This document shows, in pieces, positions 49,977 through 60,789 of a stretch of 64,000 nt of DNA. Source of the DNA: an uncultured Solirubrobacterales bacterium (lineage in GTDB: Bacteria > Actinomycetota > Thermoleophilia > Solirubrobacterales > Solirubrobacteraceae). Each line of letters opens with the position of its first letter. The first letter of the stretch is position 1. The stretch spans positions 33,025 through 97,024 of the forward strand of contig CAVRXK010000007.1 in NCBI GenBank assembly GCA_963725165.1, in the 5' to 3' direction. The position numbers were made by a program, and so were the translations under genes. The notes under the pieces are model-generated. The model was not told the DNA's origin, searched no databases, and was given only the letters and a program-made list of their open reading frames with translations.

Positions 49977-50647
49977 TCGACCATCCACGCAACCCACTCG
50001 ACTGGACATACTTCCCGCAACCGCGTAAAGCCTGCGGCGAGACTTACGGGGCGGCCGGCAAGCGACGAATGGGCGTCGCTGCCGAGCAGGTGCACTAGAC
50101 CCTCCTCGGCGTAGTGCAGTACGAGATCCTCGGGTTGGGCGAGCGCCACGAACTCTGCTGTCCATTGGATCAAGCAACCGAGATCCACGAGCGCACGTAG
50201 CCGCTGGTGCAGGTCAGTGCCGGCATGGCGCTCGGGGTGCGCGACGATCACGCGCGCATCGCACTGATCGGTGAGATGCTTGACCGTCTCCCCCAACCGT
50301 TCGTCGATCGGTCCCGGTGCGGGCTCCAGCAGCACCCATCCGCCTTTCCCGCCGAGCGACACGAGCCTCAACTCATCGAGGGTGAGCGCGTCAGCCGCAG
50401 TCTGTGCCAGCTCACCACCTGCCAGGATCTCGACGGGCACGCCTTCGGCGTCGAGCACACGTTGCAAGCCGGCGACGCGCGTCGCGATCTCGGGGATATA
50501 GACATCGTGATCGTGTCTGATGTGAGGCGTTGCGCATACCATCACGATCCCATCCGCAGCGGCCTGGCGGGCCATCGCGAGACTGTCGGCCATGTCGCGC
50601 GACCCGTCGTCCAGTTCGGGCAGGATGTGGCAGTGAAGATCGATCAT
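49925..50647 (-). CDS. CpsB/CapC-family tyrosine-protein phosphatase (PHP)
   Basis: MIDLHCHILPELDDG, ATPH, VAHPER, GSDAHS. Confidence 0.88.
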   Translation of the reverse strand: MIDLHCHILPELDDGSRDMADSLAMARQAAADGIVMVCATPHIRHDHDVYIPEIATRVAGLQRVLDAEGVPVEILAGGELAQTAADALTLDELRLVSLGGKGGWVLLEPAPGPIDERLGETVKHLTDQCDARVIVAHPERHAGTDLHQRLRALVDLGCLIQWTAEFVALAQPEDLVLHYAEEGLVHLLGSDAHSSLAGRPVSLAAGFTRLREVCPVEWVAWMVDQAPRAILVGEPVAIPW

Positions 50648-50787
50648 GACCGTAGGCACAAGTCTGGCATCCTCGTCGAAGTCCGCATGCCTGCCTGCGA
50701 TCCGAGCGAGGTTGCGCTCCCCCTCGCGACAGCCGCACCAGACGATGCCGGGGCAACGCGAAGCCGATAGGGCATACAGTCAAGCCA

Positions 50788-51867
50788 ATGTCTGAGAATC
50801 GCGCTGAGTCTCGCCGTGCTGCGGGCAGGTCTAGTTCTGTGAGTGAGTGCGCGGGGCTCTACTTCACCCACCCGGCGTGTTTGGAGCACGATCCGCGGGC
50901 ATATTTGCCGGAGCACCCGGATATCCCGGAGCGCCTTGAGGCGATTGAGCGAACGCTGGCTGGGCAGGACTGGCTGGGTTGGGAGCGCCGGACGGCTCCG
51001 CCGGCCGAGGTAGCCCAGCTGGAGTTGATCCACGGCGCCGCTCACGTGCGGAGGATCAGGGAATTGTCGTTGGCTGGTGGCGGCGCGATCGACGCGGACA
51101 CTTTCGTCGGTGAGCCTTCCTATCGCGCCGCTTTGCACGCTGCTGGTGGCGCGTGTGAGATGGCTAGGGCACTGCTGGCTGGGGAGGCTAGGTACGGGTT
51201 CTGCGGTGTGCGGCCTTCCGGTCACCATGCCGAACCGGATCGTGCGATGGGTTTTTGCTTGTTCAACAACGTCGCGCTCGCGGCGGAGTTCGCAATCCGC
51301 GAATTGGGCGCTGGACGTGTGTTCATTCTCGATTGGGATGTTCACCATGGCAATGGCACTGCTGAGGCGTTTCGCCGCCGTTCGGATGTCCTGTTCGCGA
51401 GTATCCACCAGTCGGGGATTTTTCCCGGGACGGGTTCTTTGAGTGACGTGGGCTCCGGTCCTGGGGAGGGCTATACGATCAACCTGCCTGTACCGGCGGG
51501 CTCCGAGGAGGATCTGTGGTTGTCGCTGCTCGAGCATGTTGTGCTTCCTGTAGCTGAGGCGTTTGAGCCCGATCTCGTGCTGGTCTCTGCTGGTTTTGAC
51601 GCTCACAGTGAGGACCCGTTGGCGAGCTGCCGTCTGGAGACAGACTCCTTTGCGGAGATGGCCCGCCACGTACGCGGGCTGGCCGCACAACTCGACGTGC
51701 CACTCGGAGCGGTCCTCGAGGGTGGCTACGAACCCGCTGCCCTCGCGCAATCTGTGCAGGCGACGCTCGCCGCGCTGGGCGGGGATGAGCCGGCGCGATC
51801 TGCTGCGCCCGAGGCGCTGTTGACATCGCGCGCTGCCGCTCACATCGGCCATTACTGGCCGTTGTAG
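50788..51867 (+). CDS. Histone deacetylase-family (Zn-dependent) deacetylase
   Basis: HPDIPERL, RPSGHHAE, GFCLFNN, DWDVHHGNGT, SAGFDAH..DPL, LEGGY. Confidence 0.92.
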   Translation: MSENRAESRRAAGRSSSVSECAGLYFTHPACLEHDPRAYLPEHPDIPERLEAIERTLAGQDWLGWERRTAPPAEVAQLELIHGAAHVRRIRELSLAGGGAIDADTFVGEPSYRAALHAAGGACEMARALLAGEARYGFCGVRPSGHHAEPDRAMGFCLFNNVALAAEFAIRELGAGRVFILDWDVHHGNGTAEAFRRRSDVLFASIHQSGIFPGTGSLSDVGSGPGEGYTINLPVPAGSEEDLWLSLLEHVVLPVAEAFEPDLVLVSAGFDAHSEDPLASCRLETDSFAEMARHVRGLAAQLDVPLGAVLEGGYEPAALAQSVQATLAALGGDEPARSAAPEALLTSRAAAHIGHYWPL

Positions 51868-51951
51868 GTCAGTGGAGGGTAGTTTTCCCTGTCAAGCTGA
51901 CGGCCAATCTCTGATGTCCGATCTTGTTGTGGGTAGGAGTGTTGGGACATC

Positions 51952-52548
51952 GTGAGAAGCGCATGTCCAACTCTTCCTGTCTCATCCCAGAGGACATCTG
52001 TTGAGGAGCCCTCAGAGGTAGAGCTTGTCCGGCTCCGGGATGGCTCGTCGGTGACTATTCGTCCGTCGAGGGCTGCGGATGAGCCTGCGCTGCGTGCGTT
52101 TCTCATGGGGTTGTGCTTGGAGGCGCGTCGTCTGCGGTTCTTTAGCGGAGGGGTAGACATTGGGTCCGCTGCGCGTTTGGCGGCCACCGCGGACTCGAGG
52201 CATTACGGGCTCATCGCTCATGACGAGGAGGGCGTGCTCGTAGGGCACGCCACTTACGTCAAGCTCGATGAGACACGTGCTGAAGTCGCAGTTGAGATTG
52301 CCGACTATCTCCACGGTCGTGGTCTCGGGACGATCCTCATGGAGCGCTTGGCGATCGTTGCCGAGCGGAATGGGATCACGCATTTCGTGGCTGAGGTGCT
52401 TTGTGAAAACCGTGCGATGCTGGATGTCTTTCGCGAAGGGTTCGACGCTCGCGTGATACGCCAAGAGGGTCCCGATCTGAGTGTCGAGTTTCTTACCGCG
52501 GGCTGGCGGCTGGCTCGCGAGCGCTTCGCATCGAACGGTCGGGCGTAG
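51952..52548 (+). CDS. GNAT N-acetyltransferase (standalone Pat-type GNAT domain)
   Basis: LRDGSSVTIRP, RLRFF, AEVAVEIAD.LHGRGLGT, FVAEVL.EN.AML.VF. Confidence 0.85.
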   Translation: MRSACPTLPVSSQRTSVEEPSEVELVRLRDGSSVTIRPSRAADEPALRAFLMGLCLEARRLRFFSGGVDIGSAARLAATADSRHYGLIAHDEEGVLVGHATYVKLDETRAEVAVEIADYLHGRGLGTILMERLAIVAERNGITHFVAEVLCENRAMLDVFREGFDARVIRQEGPDLSVEFLTAGWRLARERFASNGRA

Positions 52549-53779
52549 TGGCGAGTCCGAGCGTCGCCGCGTGATCGCGTAGCTGCTCGCGGGCGTCGGG
52601 GTGCGCGGCGTGCTCGATGATCAGTCGTGCCTGGGCTCGCTGGCTGCGCCCGAAGATGCTGGCGCAGCCCTGCTCGGTTATGACCGCAGAGTGTTGGAAG
52701 GATGTCACGGGGCCTGTCAGCTGGGGGACGATAGTCGAGCTGTCGCTGCGCTCATGCCAGGAACACAGCGCGATTACCGCGTGCCCTGCGGGTGAGTGCA
52801 GGGCACCCTCAACGAAATCTGGCTGGCCACCGAAACCCGAATACAGGCGTCCCGCGATGTGACTGGCGCCGGCCTGGTCTGACAGGTCAACCTGCAATGC
52901 CGTGTTGATGGACACCATCGCCGGGTGTGCGGCGATACGGGATGGATCGTTGGTCGTCTCGGTGCGCGTCATCCTCAGCCTGGGGTTCTCATCGACCCAC
53001 GCGTAGAGCTCGGGCGAGCCAAAGAGGAATGAGCACGCGATCGGGCGTGTGGGATCGAGTGCTCCGTCGCGGTCGAGGTCCATCACACCGTCGCTGATCA
53101 TCTCCGACCAGACCGCAAGGTTGCGGCGGCCGGCGAGTGCGCGCAGCGTCGCATCGGGGACCCGGCCGATACCGAGTTGCAGCGTGGACCCGTCCTCGAT
53201 GAGGCCGGCGACGAGCTCGGCTATGCGATCCGCGTGCTCGTGCCCAGGCCTGATTGCGGGCGAAGCGATGTCTTCGTCCACTTCGATCGCGAGGTCGATG
53301 AGTTCCCGATCGACCTCGCTGTCGCCGAGCGTGTATGGCATGCGGGAGTTCATTTGCGCTATCACCAGACCGCCGCGCGCACGGACCTGCTCGATGGCGG
53401 CTGGAAGGATGTTCACCTCGATTCCGAGCGAGACCTTCCCCGCTCGGGGAGTCGAAGTGTGCAGCAGCACGACATCGGGTGGGCGCATCGTCGCGAACAG
53501 TCTTGGCACGAGCGAGAGACGCATCGGCAGATAGTCAAGCCACTCGCCCGCATCGCGCATCCCAGGCCCCACGAACGGCGTCTCCAGAATGACTCCGTCG
53601 CGTACCGGCATCGGGGCCTGTGCTGCGAGCATGAACAGCCGGTAGCACTCTACGGTGCGCTCCAGCGCATCGAGCAGTGTTCGGGGAGTGGCGAGGTTCC
53701 CGCTCGCGACGACTCTCGGCTCCACAACCGTGAGCCCGCCAAGGGCCTGTTCGAGCTGCTGCTCAGCGATAACTCTCAT
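52493..53779 (-). CDS. Acetyl-CoA hydrolase/transferase family protein
   Basis: TLQLGIG, SEMISDG, SINTALQVDL, SGFGGQPDFVEGA, VITEQG. Confidence 0.9.
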   Translation of the reverse strand: MRVIAEQQLEQALGGLTVVEPRVVASGNLATPRTLLDALERTVECYRLFMLAAQAPMPVRDGVILETPFVGPGMRDAGEWLDYLPMRLSLVPRLFATMRPPDVVLLHTSTPRAGKVSLGIEVNILPAAIEQVRARGGLVIAQMNSRMPYTLGDSEVDRELIDLAIEVDEDIASPAIRPGHEHADRIAELVAGLIEDGSTLQLGIGRVPDATLRALAGRRNLAVWSEMISDGVMDLDRDGALDPTRPIACSFLFGSPELYAWVDENPRLRMTRTETTNDPSRIAAHPAMVSINTALQVDLSDQAGASHIAGRLYSGFGGQPDFVEGALHSPAGHAVIALCSWHERSDSSTIVPQLTGPVTSFQHSAVITEQGCASIFGRSQRAQARLIIEHAAHPDAREQLRDHAATLGLATTPDRSMRSAREPAASPR

Positions 53780-53925
53780 GGTTCAACACTACGATCGCCA
53801 ACCGTGCGGTTATTGGTGGGAACTACGGAGCGCGTTCAGTGGGGAGAGCGGTGGCTGCGGGCCGTCTCGCTGGCTTGACTTCTTTGCATAGGAAAAGCAG
53901 GGAGCCAATGAGGAGCGATGAGCAG

Positions 53926-56295
53926 ATGAGCATTGCAAGCGATGTTGATACTCGTTCGGGCGTCGAGTGGGTGCGACCGTTCATGGACTTGGGGATTCAT
54001 GACGTCGCCTACGCTGGCGGCAAGGGCGCGAACCTCGGCGAGCTCACCTCTGCGGGGCTGCCTGTACCTGCGGGCTTCGTCGTCGGCGCCCCGGCCTACG
54101 CGGCGTTCTGCACGGAGACCGGGCTGCGCGAGCACTTGTCCGGACTGTTGGACGGCGTGAACGTGGAGGACACCACCGCGCTGCAAGCGGCGAGCATCGC
54201 CGCCCGCGAACTGTTCGACGACACCCCGATACCCGAGCTTCTGCAGCGCGAGATACGTTCGGCCTACGAGCAGTTGGTGGGCGAGGACACCGAGGGGCCG
54301 GTGGCTGTGCGCTCCTCCGCGACGGCCGAGGACACCGCCGAGGTCTCCTTCGCGGGGATGAACGAAACCTTCCTAAACATCCGTGGTCCCGACGCTGTGA
54401 TCGACGCGGTGCGCCGCTGCTGGCGATCACTGTTCGGCGCACGCACGATCTACTACCGCGCCATGAACGCCTTTGCGCAGGCAGACATGGACATCGCGGT
54501 AGTCGTACAGCGCCAGATGGACTCGACGCGCGCCGGGGTGATGTTCACCGTCAACCCCGCGACGGGCGAGCGTAACGAGCTCGTGATCGAGGGGTCCTTT
54601 GGTCTCGGCGAGGCCGTCGTGTCCGGGTCCGTCTCACCAGACCGCTACCTGATCGAGAAGGACCCGCTCACCCTTCGCCGGCGCGATGTCCACCGTAAGG
54701 AGCTGGCAATCGAATACGACCCCGACGGGGGCACCCACACACGGACGCTCTCACGAGAGGAGGGGCTGCGACCGGCCCTCGATGAGCGAGAGGTCATGGC
54801 CGTGGCTGAGCTGGGCCTGCGCATCGAGGAGCACTACGGCTCGCCGCAGGACACCGAGTGGGCGTTTGATCCCGACGGTGTGCTGTGGATGCTGCAGAGC
54901 CGCCCGATAACCACGCTGCACGAGGGGGCGCCCAGGACCGTCACGGCAGCGACGGAGCGTTCTGAGCCGCAGACTGTGCTGCTGCATGGGCTGGGTGGAG
55001 CGCCGGGCAGCGCCAGCGGCGCCGCGCGGATACTCACCTCGCCCGCAGACGCCGCGAGCTTGAGCGACGGCGATGTCCTCGTTACCCACATGACCTCTCC
55101 CGATTGGCTGCCATTGTTGCGCCGTGCGGCGGGCGTCGTCACCGACTCCGGTGGCATGACCTGTCACGCCGCGATCGTCTCGCGCGAGCTGGGAATCCCG
55201 TGTGTGGTCGGCACCGGAGAGGCGACCCAGCGCCTGCGCGACGGAGAGCTCGTGACCGTTGACGCTACTCGCGGCATTGTTCTGGAGGGCCTGCGCCCAC
55301 CCGATCGTGCGAGCGAGCCGGCACAAGCATCCCCCATCAGTGAGCGGATCCCAAGCACAACGGGCGTCGGCTCTGACTCCGGTGTTGTGACCGCGACGCA
55401 GATCCTTGTGAACCTGTCCGAGCCCTCGCAGGTGGATCGCGTCAAGGGACTGCCGGTCGATGGTGTCGGTCTGCTGCGCGCCGAGATGATGGTGCTCGAG
55501 GCGTTGGCGGGCGACCATCCCCGTATCCTGCTCGAGGAAGGACGCGGCGAGGATCTTGTCTCTCAGATGGCCGAGGGGCTGAGCACTTTCGCTGCTGGCT
55601 TTGCGCCGCGGCCGGTCACATACCGCACGATCGACTTCCGTACCAACGAGTTCTCCGGGTTGCGCGGCGGTGAGCGTTTCGAGCCGCACGAGGCCAACCC
55701 AATGATTGGCTACCGCGGCGCGCTGCGCTACACGCACGAGCCAGACATCTTCGCGCTTGAGCTGGAAGCCGTCCGTCGAGTGTGGGATACCGGCCTGCAC
55801 AACCTGCACGTGATGCTGCCGTTCGTGCGCTCGACCCGCGAGTTGCGCCGCTGTCGTGAGCTGATCGCCGAGTCGGGTCTGCTCGATCGCCCAGGCTTCG
55901 AGCTATGGGTGATGGCGGAGGTCCCCTCGGTGCTCTTTAACTTGGCGGAGTACGCAGCGCTGGGTGTGACGGGCATCTCGATCGGCTCCAACGACCTCAC
56001 ACAACTACTGCTCGGTGCCGACCGCGACAACGAGCTGCTGGCCGAGACCTTCGACGAGCGCGACCCGGCGGTCACGGCCTACTTGCGGGAGCTGATCCCC
56101 CGCGCCCACGAGCTCGGGCTGCGCACCTCGATCTGCGGGCAGGCGCCCTCTGTTCACCCCGAGTACGCCGAGCTGTTGGTACGCACGGGGATCGACGCGA
56201 TCTCAGTCAGCGTCGATGTGGTCGACCGAACAAGAGCGCTCGTGGCAGCAGCCGAGCAGCGTGTGATGCTCGACTTCGCACGAGCGTCAGAGTAG
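53926..56295 (+). CDS. ppsA: Phosphoenolpyruvate synthase
   Basis: GGKGANLGEL, VRSSATAED, SFAG, GGMTCHAAIVSRELG, VGLLRAE, EANPMIGYRG, SIGSNDLTQ. Confidence 0.93.
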   Translation: MSIASDVDTRSGVEWVRPFMDLGIHDVAYAGGKGANLGELTSAGLPVPAGFVVGAPAYAAFCTETGLREHLSGLLDGVNVEDTTALQAASIAARELFDDTPIPELLQREIRSAYEQLVGEDTEGPVAVRSSATAEDTAEVSFAGMNETFLNIRGPDAVIDAVRRCWRSLFGARTIYYRAMNAFAQADMDIAVVVQRQMDSTRAGVMFTVNPATGERNELVIEGSFGLGEAVVSGSVSPDRYLIEKDPLTLRRRDVHRKELAIEYDPDGGTHTRTLSREEGLRPALDEREVMAVAELGLRIEEHYGSPQDTEWAFDPDGVLWMLQSRPITTLHEGAPRTVTAATERSEPQTVLLHGLGGAPGSASGAARILTSPADAASLSDGDVLVTHMTSPDWLPLLRRAAGVVTDSGGMTCHAAIVSRELGIPCVVGTGEATQRLRDGELVTVDATRGIVLEGLRPPDRASEPAQASPISERIPSTTGVGSDSGVVTATQILVNLSEPSQVDRVKGLPVDGVGLLRAEMMVLEALAGDHPRILLEEGRGEDLVSQMAEGLSTFAAGFAPRPVTYRTIDFRTNEFSGLRGGERFEPHEANPMIGYRGALRYTHEPDIFALELEAVRRVWDTGLHNLHVMLPFVRSTRELRRCRELIAESGLLDRPGFELWVMAEVPSVLFNLAEYAALGVTGISIGSNDLTQLLLGADRDNELLAETFDERDPAVTAYLRELIPRAHELGLRTSICGQAPSVHPEYAELLVRTGIDAISVSVDVVDRTRALVAAAEQRVMLDFARASE

Positions 56296-56440
56296 TGCAG
56301 GGGAGCCTCCTCATCGGTGCTTGCCACCGGAACCCTCCGTAGAGAGCACGGAAAGGTCTTGGTAGGCCTCTCGGATGATCGGCACGGCTGCTGGAACGAA
56401 GATTCGTAGCTCAATGAGATGCGAGCCGAGAGGACAGACA

Positions 56441-56713
56441 GTGCCAACAACCGAGACCGCCCCATCTCGGCCACACAGTCCGGCAAGTAGCGCTTGGCGG
56501 CCCGCCAACTCACCAACGGCTGTTGGTGGGGTTGACCGCGATCATCTTCTCGACCGGCTGACGCGCCTTCGCGCGATCCTCCCGATCTTCGCTCAGGAGC
56601 TCGCGACCGCGCGTCGTCAGGCCGCTGCCCTGCGCGTGGAGAACCGCGGGCTCGTGAACGAGGTGCGTCGGCTGCGATCCCAGCGTGCAGAGAACACCCA
56701 TGCGCGACCTTGA
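56441..56713 (+). CDS. Small coiled-coil hypothetical protein
   Basis: GTG after GAGAGGA. LLDRLTRLR...QELATARRQAAALRVENRGL heptad pattern. Confidence 0.45.
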   Translation: MPTTETAPSRPHSPASSAWRPANSPTAVGGVDRDHLLDRLTRLRAILPIFAQELATARRQAAALRVENRGLVNEVRRLRSQRAENTHARP

Positions 56714-56846
56714 GCCCGGCACGTCCCAACCCGGGATGGAAGCGGATGGATAGGTGTCCTTTACAGCTCTGGCGGGAACGGCGCTCAATCTCAACCGTGT
56801 TCGCCGGACTGCCCTGCACACAGACCAACCAAAGGTGGAACCGAAG

Positions 56847-57938
56847 ATGAAGGCCCTCGTTTATCACGGTCCAGGCCAACGAGGCTGGGACACGGTCGAT
56901 GATCCTACGATCCTCGACCCGACAGACGCAATCGTGCGGATCGACACCTCCACGATATGCGGCACAGACCTCCACATCCTCAAGGGAGACGTGCCCGAGA
57001 CCACGCCGGGCACCGTGCTCGGTCACGAGGCCGTCGGCACTATCCAAGACGTCGGAGCGAGCGTGACCACGGTCGCTCCGGGTGACCGGGTGCTGATGAG
57101 CTGCGTCAGCTCTTGCGGGCGCTGTCGTTTCTGCAAGGAAGGCCGCTATGGGCAGTGCCTCGGTGGAGGCGGCTGGATCTTCGGCCACCTCATCAATGGC
57201 TTGCAGGCCGAGTATGCGCGGGTGCCCTTTGCCGACAATTCGGTTTACAAGGTCCCTGAGCAGCTCTCGGACGAGCAGGTCTTGTTCCTCGCCGACATCC
57301 TTCCCACCTCCTTTGAGGTCGGGGTGCTCAACGGCATGGTCTCCCCGGGAGACACGGTCGCGATCGTCGGTGCGGGACCGATCGGACTGGCCGCGATCCT
57401 GACCGCGAGGCTGTATACGCCTGGTCGGATCGTGGCGATCGACCTCGCCGACAGTCGCCTAGAGAGCGCACGGCGATTCGGCGCGGACACCACGATTAAC
57501 AATGGCAGCGAGGATGCTGTCGCGGCGGTAATGGAGTTGACTGACGGGCTCGGTGCCGATGTTGCGTTTGAGGCGGTAGGTGTGCCACAGACATTCGAGC
57601 TCGCGGCCGATTTGATCCGTCCCGGTGGGCATGTGGCGAACATCGGTGTTCACGGAAAGCCCGCCGAGCTGCACCTGGAGAAGCTGTGGATTCGCGATGT
57701 CACGATCACGACCGGACTGGTCGATACGTTCAGCATTCCCCAACTGATGCGGTTGATCGCGAGCGGTCGCCTGGACCCGTCGCTGTTTGCTACCCACCGC
57801 TTCGCGCTCGGCGAGACGATGGGCGCCTACGACACGTTCGCCGACGCGGCAAACTCGGGCGCCTTGAAGGTCGTCCTGCAGGGCGCAAACGGCAATCTAG
57901 GAGCGATCGAGGCTGAGCAGAGCGTGGCGGTCGCGTGA
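56847..57938 (+). CDS. Zinc-dependent alcohol dehydrogenase
   Basis: MKALVYHGPG, CGTDLH, LGHE, CGRCRFC...C, ADILPT, GAGPIG. Confidence 0.93.
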   Translation: MKALVYHGPGQRGWDTVDDPTILDPTDAIVRIDTSTICGTDLHILKGDVPETTPGTVLGHEAVGTIQDVGASVTTVAPGDRVLMSCVSSCGRCRFCKEGRYGQCLGGGGWIFGHLINGLQAEYARVPFADNSVYKVPEQLSDEQVLFLADILPTSFEVGVLNGMVSPGDTVAIVGAGPIGLAAILTARLYTPGRIVAIDLADSRLESARRFGADTTINNGSEDAVAAVMELTDGLGADVAFEAVGVPQTFELAADLIRPGGHVANIGVHGKPAELHLEKLWIRDVTITTGLVDTFSIPQLMRLIASGRLDPSLFATHRFALGETMGAYDTFADAANSGALKVVLQGANGNLGAIEAEQSVAVA

Positions 57939-58052
57939 GCTCGCCCGTTCAACGGCCAAGCCAAGCGGTCTCGTCGTGATAGCCGTGGGCGCGCTGGGAG
58001 CCATCTCAAATCACGCGACGTGCACTCTCGCGCACAGCACAGCCGCGTAGGT

Positions 58053-58769
58053 TCAAGCGGTGTGCTCGCCGCTACCGCCGCCGGCGGGGCTGATGAGCCC
58101 ACGCTCAAGGGCGTAGCCGACGAGCTCGGCGCGGGTAGAGAGCATCAGCTTCTGCTGGATATGCGAGCGATGCGTCTCCACGGTACGCACCGACAGGTAA
58201 AGCTGCCCAGCGATCTCGGCGTTGGTGTGGCCCCGTGCGATCAGTCGCAGCACTTCAACCTCGCGCTCTGAGAGATCGTCCGGCGGGCCGGGAGGCGGCT
58301 CTGAGGCCATACGCGCACCCAGCCTGGGATTCAGGTAGCTCTCGCCCACGGCGGCACGGCGCACCGCCTCGACGAGCTCACTGTTGGCGGCCTCCTTCAA
58401 GACATAACCAAGCGCCCCGGCGCCAAGGGCCTCGCGGGCGAACGCGGGCTCCTTCTGCATCGTCAGCACGACGATCTGCGTGTCGGGTGATTCCTCGCGG
58501 ATGGCGGGGATCGCCTCAAGGCTCGAACCGCCGGGCATGTTCAGGTCGAGGACAAGCACTCTGGGGTGGTGGCCACGCACGTAGCGCCGAGCGCTTTCGA
58601 CATCGCTGGCCTCCGCGACGACCTCAAAGTCGCTTTCGTGGTCGAGCAGCATCCGCAACCCGCTACGCACGACCTCGTGATCGTCAGCCAAAACGATGCG
58701 GATCGGCTGCGCCCCGGCGGCATCGCCGCTGTCAGCGTCATCCGTCGGCGTTGCGTCCTGGTCGGCCAT
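58053..58769 (-). CDS. NarL/FixJ-family response regulator (no cognate kinase in window)
   Basis: LADDH, LDLNMP, GYVLK, LSEREVEVL..IARGHTNAEIA..L..SVRTVETHR. Confidence 0.92.
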   Translation of the reverse strand: MADQDATPTDDADSGDAAGAQPIRIVLADDHEVVRSGLRMLLDHESDFEVVAEASDVESARRYVRGHHPRVLVLDLNMPGGSSLEAIPAIREESPDTQIVVLTMQKEPAFAREALGAGALGYVLKEAANSELVEAVRRAAVGESYLNPRLGARMASEPPPGPPDDLSEREVEVLRLIARGHTNAEIAGQLYLSVRTVETHRSHIQQKLMLSTRAELVGYALERGLISPAGGGSGEHTA

Positions 58770-58994
58770 CCGCATGACCATACCGGCTGGGCACGGCCCA
58801 CCGCAGCGAACCACAGCGCCAATGACCAGCAGACACGAAAGGCGCGAGTCTCCTTCGCAGCGCGCGAGCATCCAGTGCTAACCACGTCGGGTTACAAGTA
58901 GAAAAGCGCAGTCGAGATCGCGCAAGGCACCGATGGTGAACGCGCGAGCCGAATCTATCTTCCTTGCAGATCAACTCGACAGGAGGGAACTCAA

Positions 58995-59528
58995 ATGGCA
59001 ACTGCCGCATCGACACACTCAGTCCCAGCCCGCTCTCGCGAGGGGACGATCACGCATATCGCCGACGGCGCGAGCTACTGGATGATTAGCGCGGGTATCT
59101 ATTTCACATTCGGTCTGCTGTTTTACTACTCGGCGAAGGAGAAGCTGATCGACAATGGTGGCACGATGCCGGCCGGTCTAGCCAAGACCTTTCATGGCAC
59201 GTTCGTCGCATCGTTCCCAGGGACTAACACCTCGTGGGTGCTGATCGGCATACTCGAGGCGCTCGTGTTCTTCGCGATCGCGGCGAGCGTCCTGATGGGC
59301 GAGTTCCTGCCGACACGCCGCAAGCCGATCCTGCTCAGCGGCCTAGCGCTTGCGATGTTCACGTTCGCGATGATCGCGTGGGGCGAGAACATCACCGCCG
59401 GATTCGCGACCGTCGCCGAGCTGTTCCAATACCTCGTCGGGACCGCCGTGCTGATCGTCCTGGTGCTGCTGATGCCCCCCTACCGCAAGACACAGTGGCT
59501 GTCCAGCTTGACCCAGCGCGGACAGTAG
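58995..59528 (+). CDS. Hypothetical 4-TM membrane protein (DoxX-like)
   Basis: Strong RBS (AGGAGG), four hydrophobic segments and the YSAKEKL motif. Confidence 0.6.
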   Translation: MATAASTHSVPARSREGTITHIADGASYWMISAGIYFTFGLLFYYSAKEKLIDNGGTMPAGLAKTFHGTFVASFPGTNTSWVLIGILEALVFFAIAASVLMGEFLPTRRKPILLSGLALAMFTFAMIAWGENITAGFATVAELFQYLVGTAVLIVLVLLMPPYRKTQWLSSLTQRGQ

Positions 59529-59572
59529 CGCCCTAGCTTGCGCGCGCCACGGAGCATCCGGGCATGGCGCTG

Positions 59573-59601
59573 GAGGGGAGGATCACAAGCCCTCCCCTCC
59601 G
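59573..59601 (+). terminator. GC-rich hairpin downstream of the membrane-protein gene
   Basis: GGAGGGGAGG-N9-CCTCCCCTCC. Confidence 0.4.
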
Positions 59602-59794
59602 GTCGTCTGCCGGGAGCACCGTCTATCTCGGAGTGTGACTGATGAAAGGCTGGCGCTATCTACGACATCACCGTTTCCAGATTCATCTACATAACACTAT
59701 TCCGTCTAGGGCGCAAAGAATGCTGGGACGAGGCGGCCGATGCGCCACGCTGTCCTATGCGGTATTCGCGCCGAAACCCATGATCGAGAAGTGC

Positions 59795-60778
59795 ATGATC
59801 GGCTCACTGCTCGACACGATCCTCGACCGCACCGTCGTCGTGGGCTATACGAATGCGGGCTATCGCATCCGCAAGGGCATGTGGGAGCCGAGCGAGCTGC
59901 AGTCGATGGACGGGAAGGTCGTGCTCGTCACCGGGGCTACCTCGGGCTCGGCATCGCCGCCGCCGAAGGCTTCGCGTGCCTCGGCGCAACGATCTGGTTG
60001 GCGGCCCGTAGCGAGCAGCGCGGCGAGCGTGCCCGCGCGCAGATCGCGGCACGGTATCCCGGCAGCGACGTCCGGGTCGGCCTCTGCGATCTCAGCGACC
60101 TCGAATCCGTGCGGCAGTTCGCCGAGCTGCTCGGCGGTGAGACACGGCGCCTGGATGTGCTTGTCAACAACGCCGGCACGCTCGCGAGAGAGCGGACGCT
60201 CTCAGTCGATGGCATTGAGCTGACCTTCGCGACCAACGTCCTTGGGCCATTCCTGCTGACCAATCTCCTCCTCCCGCTACTCGAGCAGAGCAAGCCCGCC
60301 CGCATTATCAACGTGTCCTCGGGTGGCATGTATACACAGCGAATCCACCTCGACGACCTGCAGATGGCCCACGAGGAGTTCGACGGCCCCACCGCCTACG
60401 CGCGCACCAAGCGCGCGCAGGTCATCCTGACCGAACTGTGGGCAGAACGATTGCGCGACAGGAGTGTTGTCGTCCACGCGATGCACCCAGGCTGGGCAGA
60501 CACTCCCGGCCTTGAGTCCTCGCTGCCACGCTTCTACGCTCTGACAAAGCGACTACTGCGCACCCCCCAAGAAGGCGCCGACACGATCCTCTGGCTCGGC
60601 GCTGGCGCCCGAGGAGCGCGCAGCTCGGGCGGCTTCTGGCATGACCGTCGAGAGCGCCCAACCCACCGCGTGCCATGCGACCAAGCAGACATCCCAGGAC
60701 CACGAGCGGCTGTGGGCCGAATGCGAACGCCTCAGCGGCTGGCACGAAACATCAACCCCGGCCGATTCAGACCGATAA
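59795..60778 (+). CDS. SDR-family oxidoreductase (DHRS12-like), frameshifted
   Basis: VLVTGATSGLG, LVNNAG, VSSGGMY, YARTKRAQV (YxxxK), MHPGWADTPG. Confidence 0.88.
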
Positions 60779-60789
60779 GGAGACACCTG

